IMG/VR virus record: IMGVR_UViG_3300033463_000045
Span: 1 to 64,000 of that record
DNA length: 64,000 nucleotides
Source of the DNA: a virus
Lineage: Duplodnaviria > Caudoviricetes
Strand: one strand, 5' to 3'
The notes below the pieces were generated by a model. It did not search any database. It was not told the origin of the DNA and was given only the letters and a program-made list of their open reading frames with translations. Below are positions 58,730 through 64,000 of the stretch, in pieces. Both the position numbers and the translations under genes were made by a program. Numbering within the stretch: the stretch's first letter is position 1; every line of letters begins with the position of its first letter.

Positions 58730-59353
58730 ATGGACTCTAATCAATTTAAAAATATCTATATTGGAATAGACCCATCTTTAAGTGGTTTTGGAATTTCAAT
58801 AATAGACACAAATAATAAACAAATTATATTAGATGAATTTAAAGCAGATAATCATCATAATTTTATATTAATGTGTTGGTCTATTTCGAATTTATATAAT
58901 AATATATTTGAAAAATATAAAAATTATATTGATAAAGAAACAAATATAGCACAAGAATTACCTATTTCATCTGGAATTAATTCTGGCAAGTTAAATGCAT
59001 TAGGCATGCATTTTTATAATGAATTAGGAAAATATAGTAAATATACAAATATATATTGTTATCATCCAATTAAGTTAAAAGTATTTCATCATAAAAGAAA
59101 ATATGATAAGAAAGATACAATAAGAGTTATTGAAGATATATTAGAGATATTTAAGAAGAATAATTATAATATTGATATAAGATATTCAAGAACAAAAAAG
59201 AATTTAAATATTACTAATAATGAAGCAGATTCTTTTATGTATGCAATAAGATTATATATGAATAAGAATGATGACATAATAACTAAAGAGATATTAGATA
59301 AATACCCAAGATTTGAAAAGATAGTTTCTTTAAATGAGGAATTAGGAATGTAA
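58730..59353 (+). CDS. RuvC-like Holliday junction resolvase
   Basis: IGIDPSLSGFG, AQE, P..LK, NNEADS. Confidence 0.8.
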   Translation: MDSNQFKNIYIGIDPSLSGFGISIIDTNNKQIILDEFKADNHHNFILMCWSISNLYNNIFEKYKNYIDKETNIAQELPISSGINSGKLNALGMHFYNELGKYSKYTNIYCYHPIKLKVFHHKRKYDKKDTIRVIEDILEIFKKNNYNIDIRYSRTKKNLNITNNEADSFMYAIRLYMNKNDDIITKEILDKYPRFEKIVSLNEELGM

Positions 59354-59354
59354 T

Positions 59355-59882
59355 ATGCAAAATAATACTCGAAAAAGTAAAATGACTCAACATGTAATTA
59401 AAAGAACTAGAGAAAGAGCAGACTTAAATGGTAAGTCAGCAAATACTTTAGTTAAAGAAACAATGCAATACGGGTTATCTCCAGGAGATTTTGTAGGAGA
59501 TTTCTATTCATATTTGCATTATATAAAAGGTAAAAAATATAAATCAATTGGGATTAGAGTATTTGATAATAATATATTAGTATATAATAAGAAAAGTAGA
59601 AAAGCAATAACACTTTATCAAGTTCCAGAAAAGTTCTTACCAATAGAGCAATATAGAATATCTAAAGCAAATGAAAAATTAAATGAATTGACAAAGACTA
59701 TTAAAAAATTATTTAAAGATAAAGTAGATATAGAATTACAGATTTTAGTAGATAAACCAAAAGACTTTGTTGCTGGATTAGTTATTAATAATGTATTTCA
59801 ATGTTTTGGTAAAGGAAAAACAAGATTTGAGGCTGAAGAGAATGCAGTTCAATTATATTTAGACAAATTATATAAGAAATAA
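59355..59882 (+). CDS. Protein with N-terminal HxxxRxxER domain and C-terminal dsRBD-like motif
   Basis: TQHVIKRTRER..AITLY; F...L.I...GKGKTRFEAEENA. Confidence 0.55.
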   Translation: MQNNTRKSKMTQHVIKRTRERADLNGKSANTLVKETMQYGLSPGDFVGDFYSYLHYIKGKKYKSIGIRVFDNNILVYNKKSRKAITLYQVPEKFLPIEQYRISKANEKLNELTKTIKKLFKDKVDIELQILVDKPKDFVAGLVINNVFQCFGKGKTRFEAEENAVQLYLDKLYKK

Positions 59883-59955
59883 TGCATTCAGAGGCATTGA
59901 GATATAATAATATTAATAATTATATTATTTAATTTATATAAACTATAAGAAAAGA

Positions 59956-59984
59956 TGTACATTTGTGGTATTTTATGGTATAAT
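59956..59984 (+). promoter_or_regulatory. sigmaA-type early promoter
   Basis: TGTACA - 17 bp - TATAAT with TG extended -10. Confidence 0.75.
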
Positions 59985-60017
59985 ATAATTATATAAATTA
60001 TATTAAAGGAGGAAATT

Positions 60018-60260
60018 ATGGAATTTGGTGGACATAAAATAATAGGAAATGATTATTATTCTATAAGAGGAAATATTATTGAATTAAATAATATAGACAC
60101 AATAATACCAGAATATCATAATAATCATAGAAGTATATATCTTAAAGTTATTAAAAAGAATAAAGGCAAGACTATAATTAAAATGCAAAATAAACAAGAA
60201 TATAATTATACAATTAAAGCAATTAATATACTTACAGATTTAAAATTAGAAGAAATATAA
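60018..60260 (+). CDS. Hypothetical early protein
   Basis: AAGGAGG SD after the early promoter. Confidence 0.6.
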   Translation: MEFGGHKIIGNDYYSIRGNIIELNNIDTIIPEYHNNHRSIYLKVIKKNKGKTIIKMQNKQEYNYTIKAINILTDLKLEEI

Positions 60261-60289
60261 TTTTATTTAGTAGATTGGAGGCGACTTAA

Positions 60290-60625
60290 ATGAAATTTGA
60301 TGAAAGTAGAATTATAACAGATGAAACTGGTTATAATTATGTAAGAGTAACCCCACAAGAAATATTAAATTGGGGAGGTTATTGTATTTGCAATGGTTGC
60401 AATAAACAATTTTTAGATGAAGATATGAATCTCTTCTTTGGTTGCACAGATACTTATTGTGATACTTGTTTTGATAGAATGAAACAAAGATGGAAAACAT
60501 ATTCTAAAGAGGATATAGAATATGATATAGCTATTCAAAAAGAAGAATCACTAAATTGGTATAAATATCATTTAGATGATGAATATAGGGAAATGATAAA
60601 TAATCAATTTAATAATGATTACTAA
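60290..60625 (+). CDS. Zinc-finger hypothetical protein
   Basis: ICNGC...YCDTC. Confidence 0.65.
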   Translation: MKFDESRIITDETGYNYVRVTPQEILNWGGYCICNGCNKQFLDEDMNLFFGCTDTYCDTCFDRMKQRWKTYSKEDIEYDIAIQKEESLNWYKYHLDDEYREMINNQFNNDY

Positions 60626-60631
60626 GAGGAG

Positions 60632-60907
60632 GTGAAATATATGGAACATGTAACTAGAAATAAAAATGATATGATGAAAGATGTTGTCATTAATTATAGA
60701 GGTTGTGGTCATCATGAATATTATGGAATGTTAGTTTGGAGAGATGGTTTACAATATTGTAGAAGATGCATTCATCAAATTTGGGTTAAAGAAAATCCAA
60801 ATGGTTGGAAACCTGGTCCTGATGAAAAATATTTTCCATTATATGAAGATGGCATAAATTATTATGAACAAGATTTAAAGAAAGGAGAAGATAGCGTATA
60901 TGAATAA
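60632..60907 (+). CDS. Cys/His-rich hypothetical protein
   Basis: GTG start with GAGGAG SD; GCGH..YCRRC. Confidence 0.6.
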   Translation: MKYMEHVTRNKNDMMKDVVINYRGCGHHEYYGMLVWRDGLQYCRRCIHQIWVKENPNGWKPGPDEKYFPLYEDGINYYEQDLKKGEDSVYE

Positions 60908-61202
60908 ACTAGAAAATCCACTATTAGCAGAAATTGATATTAGTGTAACTCATCAAGGTATTGGTGGTAAGACCATAGTAATAGAAAGAGAAGGTACTAT
61001 TTCTTGGGTATTAGATGTACCATTTGATGAGATGACTATAGGATTATCAAACTTTATTAATAGATATAGTATAATGTCTATGCCAGAAGAAACTAAAGTA
61101 TATTATGGTCATGTTGGAAATCTCGGATATTTTGTAGCTGAAAATGAATTACATAATTTAAGAGAATCTACATTGTCTGAAGCATATGAATATTTACAAT
61201 AA
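60900..61202 (+). CDS. Hypothetical protein
   Basis: Coupled ORF. Confidence 0.6.
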   Translation: MNKLENPLLAEIDISVTHQGIGGKTIVIEREGTISWVLDVPFDEMTIGLSNFINRYSIMSMPEETKVYYGHVGNLGYFVAENELHNLRESTLSEAYEYLQ

Positions 61203-61241
61203 GATTAATTACATAATATATAATAGATTGGAGGAATTAAT

Positions 61242-61655
61242 ATGTATAAAGAGATAAAATCTAATTTAAAAGAAACACTAAATTTAGATGAATGTGAAAT
61301 ACTTAATGAAATGGCAACCATTGGACAAGATAATAATGGTTATGTTTATATGATATATAAAAAAGAAGGAGTAATACCTCATTTTCATATATTAAAAGAT
61401 AATAAAACAATTCAATGTATTAGAATAGATAAACCATATTACTTTAGTCATAATGGTAAATACAGTTATAAATTAAATAGTAAAGAAAGAAAAGAATTAG
61501 TATCATTTTTAAATAGATTACATTTCTCTAAGAGACCAAATAATACTATGACTAACTGGGAATTTTTATTAAGTCAGTGGAATATTGAAAATAATACAGA
61601 TATAAATGAAGATTTAGTTATACCTGATTATACTAAATTAAAAATGGATAAATAG
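61242..61655 (+). CDS. PHFH-motif (DUF4160-like) protein with LxE-containing leader
   Basis: MYKEIKSNLKE..ILNEMA; EG.IPHFHI; YF.H; promoter motif at 61210-61225. Confidence 0.6.
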   Translation: MYKEIKSNLKETLNLDECEILNEMATIGQDNNGYVYMIYKKEGVIPHFHILKDNKTIQCIRIDKPYYFSHNGKYSYKLNSKERKELVSFLNRLHFSKRPNNTMTNWEFLLSQWNIENNTDINEDLVIPDYTKLKMDK

Positions 61656-61670
61656 AAAGAAGGAAATAAA

Positions 61671-62156
61671 ATGAGTAGAGAAATAAAAGATATATTTAAA
61701 GACCAAGAATTAATAGACTTATGTAATAATAATATTGAATTAACTTCTAAATTAAATGAGGTTAATTTAGAAATAGTAAATAAATTTAAAGAAGTTACTA
61801 AATCTGATGAAATTGATAATGAAGAAAAAATATTTTTAGCAGAAAGCTTTGTTAATAAAGGTGAGTATGAGGTTTTCTTAAATGATAGATTTGAAGATGA
61901 ACTTTATAATGAAATAGTTCAATTTAATAAATTAAAAGAATCAATTGATGAAAAGAAAGCATTAATTAAGAATTTCTTAGAAGAAAACGGTATGGGAACT
62001 TTTGAAACAAGTACATTAAAAATTAAATATACATCAGCAACTACTGCTACAACAATAGACACAACAAGATTAAAGAAAGAACTTCCAGATATTGCTGCAA
62101 AATATTCTAAAGTATCAGCAAGGTCTTCTTCATTATCAATTGAACCAATAGAATAA
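61671..62156 (+). CDS. Hypothetical protein (YqaJ C-terminal / Gp157-like coiled coil)
   Basis: IDTTRLKKELPDIAAKYSK motif. Confidence 0.5.
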   Translation: MSREIKDIFKDQELIDLCNNNIELTSKLNEVNLEIVNKFKEVTKSDEIDNEEKIFLAESFVNKGEYEVFLNDRFEDELYNEIVQFNKLKESIDEKKALIKNFLEENGMGTFETSTLKIKYTSATTATTIDTTRLKKELPDIAAKYSKVSARSSSLSIEPIE

Positions 62157-62170
62157 AAGGGCGATAAATT

Positions 62171-62395
62171 ATGAATTTATATAGTAATATTAAAAATAAT
62201 ATTAATAGTGCAGATTCTAAGTATATGAAAGAATGGACAGAAATATGTGAAGCATTTTGTAAGAAGATAAATGCTGAACTATTATTTGTTAATCTTGATA
62301 ACTTTGGTTATATGACTAAAGATGGTCAAACTATTCATATGTATGCTGATGAGCTTGCAGAATATCTAAATAATAAAAATAAGAATAATCAGTAA
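62171..62395 (+). CDS. MNLY-leader family small protein
   Basis: MNLYSNIKNNIN leader. Confidence 0.65.
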   Translation: MNLYSNIKNNINSADSKYMKEWTEICEAFCKKINAELLFVNLDNFGYMTKDGQTIHMYADELAEYLNNKNKNNQ

Positions 62396-62418
62396 ACAAT
62401 TTACTGATTATTTTCTTT
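62384..62418 (+). terminator. Hairpin / terminator
   Basis: AATAATCAGTAAA-CAA-TTTACTGATTATT-TTCTTT. Confidence 0.55.
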
Positions 62419-62437
62419 ATATAAGAGGAGATTATTT

Positions 62438-62683
62438 ATGAACTTATATGAAAGTATTGAAAAAAATTTAAAAGAATCAGAAAAATCTTTGGAAGACAAA
62501 TGTAAAGAAATATTTAATAAATATAGAGATGAATTTGATACTATAAATGATGTAAGAGATATTGCAGATTATTTAAATAAATTATATTCAGAAGAAGGAA
62601 TACAAGCTGTAAATGATTGGTTCCTATCGAGTGCAACTGAAGAATACAAAAAAGATTTAAAATCTTTAATAAATAAAAAGTAG
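62438..62683 (+). CDS. MNLY-leader family small protein
   Basis: MNLYESIEKNLKE|SE leader. Confidence 0.7.
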   Translation: MNLYESIEKNLKESEKSLEDKCKEIFNKYRDEFDTINDVRDIADYLNKLYSEEGIQAVNDWFLSSATEEYKKDLKSLINKK

Positions 62684-62697
62684 AAAGGAAAATAGAT

Positions 62698-62967
62698 ATG
62701 AACTTATATGAAAGTATTGAAAAAAATTTAAAAGAATCAGAACATTCTGATGATTATTGTACAATAGCTGCTACAGAATTTGTTGTTGATAGATTACCAA
62801 GTGATTGGAAAAATTTATCTAATGACGAATTAAAAGAATTAGTAAGAGAAGAAGTAAATAATTATAATAATGCTAATGTCGAACCTGAATATGAAAATGA
62901 AGATTTTTATGGTGATGAAGCAGATTATAATAAAGTATTTGATTATATAATATATAGTTATAAATAG
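62698..62967 (+). CDS. MNLY-leader family small acidic protein
   Basis: First 45 nt are identical to those of the 62438 gene. Confidence 0.7.
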   Translation: MNLYESIEKNLKESEHSDDYCTIAATEFVVDRLPSDWKNLSNDELKELVREEVNNYNNANVEPEYENEDFYGDEADYNKVFDYIIYSYK

Positions 62968-62981
62968 AAAGGAAGATTAAA

Positions 62982-63752
62982 ATGAATTTATATGAAAGTA
63001 TTAAAAATAATTTAGATAAAGATTCAGATACAGAATTAGAAATTTTAGATACTCAAATAGATTTTCCTGCCGTGTTTGATTCATTTGATACAAGCGGCAT
63101 TATTGATATAATAAAAGACACTGATTCAAAAGATTTAAGTGCGTGTATTGCAGGAGGAACAAGAAGTTCTCGCGAACAAAATGCATATAATTTATATATA
63201 GATAAATGCATTTTATGTGGCAAAGTAGGTTATAATAATTTTATCCCAGTGCATAAAAATAAATATAAAGATTATAGTTATTGGTCGTATGAAGACAATT
63301 ATGGATGGCCTTTTTCTAATGTTCATTTTCCATCTGAAAAAGTAGCCAAAATAATAGTTAAAATACCTCATAAACAACGCAAAAAAATTTATATAAGAGC
63401 AAGAATATGTTTTTGCAAAGATTGTTATGAGAAAAATGTCGTACCATTTGTGCTTAAAAAAGCAGATGAAATTAAAAAAATTGTCGCTTATTATAGAGAT
63501 AATAATAAATATCCAAGTAAAGGCGAGGTTATAATTTTTGGTAAGGATATATTAGATATAATTAATGACGGGATAATTAATGCTAGTCATTATAATAAAC
63601 ATGAAAAAAATAAAATAATCGATAGATTATATCAAATTGTTGATTTAGAAACACCTTATAATGATGTTGATAAGATTTATGAAAGATTTCTCAAATATTT
63701 TATTTCATCGGGTAACGCTGATGACTCAATTAAATTTAATCCAAAGAAATAG
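62982..63752 (+). CDS. MNLY-leader family protein with CxxC...CxxC
   Basis: MNLYESIKNNL leader; CILC, CFCKDC; atypical codons. Confidence 0.7.
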   Translation: MNLYESIKNNLDKDSDTELEILDTQIDFPAVFDSFDTSGIIDIIKDTDSKDLSACIAGGTRSSREQNAYNLYIDKCILCGKVGYNNFIPVHKNKYKDYSYWSYEDNYGWPFSNVHFPSEKVAKIIVKIPHKQRKKIYIRARICFCKDCYEKNVVPFVLKKADEIKKIVAYYRDNNKYPSKGEVIIFGKDILDIINDGIINASHYNKHEKNKIIDRLYQIVDLETPYNDVDKIYERFLKYFISSGNADDSIKFNPKK

Positions 63753-63766
63753 AAAGGAAGATTAAA

Positions 63767-64000
63767 ATGAATTTATATAGTAATATTAAAAATAATTTAA
63801 ATGAATCTGCAAAATTCTATTATAAAGAATTTAGTGGCGCTGGTGAAATTGATTATGTTGAATTTGAGACAGAACAAGAAGCAAATGATTATGCTAAAAA
63901 AGTTAATGAAGAATCTGGTAATGAAACAGCAGTATATAGAATAGATAATGATGAATGCATTGCTTTATATGACGCATTAAATGAATCTGAAAAGTTAAAA
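63767..64000 (+). CDS. MNLY-leader family protein, probable second polyprotein (3'-truncated; not in ORF track)
   Basis: MNLYSNIKNNLNE|SAKFYY...ALNE|SEKLK runs off the window end. Confidence 0.75.
   Translation, partial: MNLYSNIKNNLNESAKFYYKEFSGAGEIDYVEFETEQEANDYAKKVNEESGNETAVYRIDNDECIALYDALNESEKLK

Noticed and set aside
10264-60500. Minus-strand and nested alternative-frame ORFs in the track (e.g. 10264, 14943, 16349, 18325, 18807, 20092, 24158, 24808, 25656, 32304, 33444, 34381, 37676, 40149, 46506, 49818, 50212, 51634, 52346, 54518, 60312)
   Set aside because: They overlap well-supported plus-strand genes, lack SD sites and have shadow-frame composition.
62438-63780. CRISPR-like reading of the repeated 31-45 bp sequences
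   Set aside because: The repeats are SD and start-of-gene sequences separated by whole ORFs of variable length; no cas genes are present.
1-64000. Stop-codon reassignment (TAG or TGA recoding)
   Set aside because: Conserved genes are full length in code 11, TAG/TGA stops are followed by SD and start sites, and Trp is encoded by TGG.

Overview
This 64 kb window is part of a very AT-rich (roughly 22-25% GC by eye) large lytic myovirus-type phage. Essentially all genes are on the + strand and use the standard code 11. The host is probably a walled Bacillota: SD sites are AAGGAGG(TGA)-type, promoters are sigmaA-type with extended -10, there is an M23 peptidase, and one protein carries a Prp-type LNIQLF|A motif. 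Contents: contractile-tail genes (sheath, tube, T4-like baseplate, tape measure, fibres), portal, large terminase, and a cytosine-hypermodification operon (kinase/dCMP-hydroxymethylase fusion, T4 beta-glucosyltransferase homologue, CofD/YvcK-like enzyme, HAD + nucleotidyltransferase fusion, dUTPase). It also has replication and repair genes (split Rad50, Mre11, clamp, clamp loader, RecA, ligase, RuvC), a GroEL-like chaperonin and small-ORF arrays. The most striking undescribed-looking feature is a family of genes sharing the N-terminal leader MNLY(S/E)xIxxxLxE|S. One member (979 aa) looks like a polyprotein of about 10 unrelated modules joined by L-x-E|S-(E/Q)-K-L-x-E|S linkers. This resembles prohead-protease-processed, capsid-targeted cargo, and the linkers are also conserved DNA repeats. 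All functional calls come from motifs recognised by eye; no searches were run.
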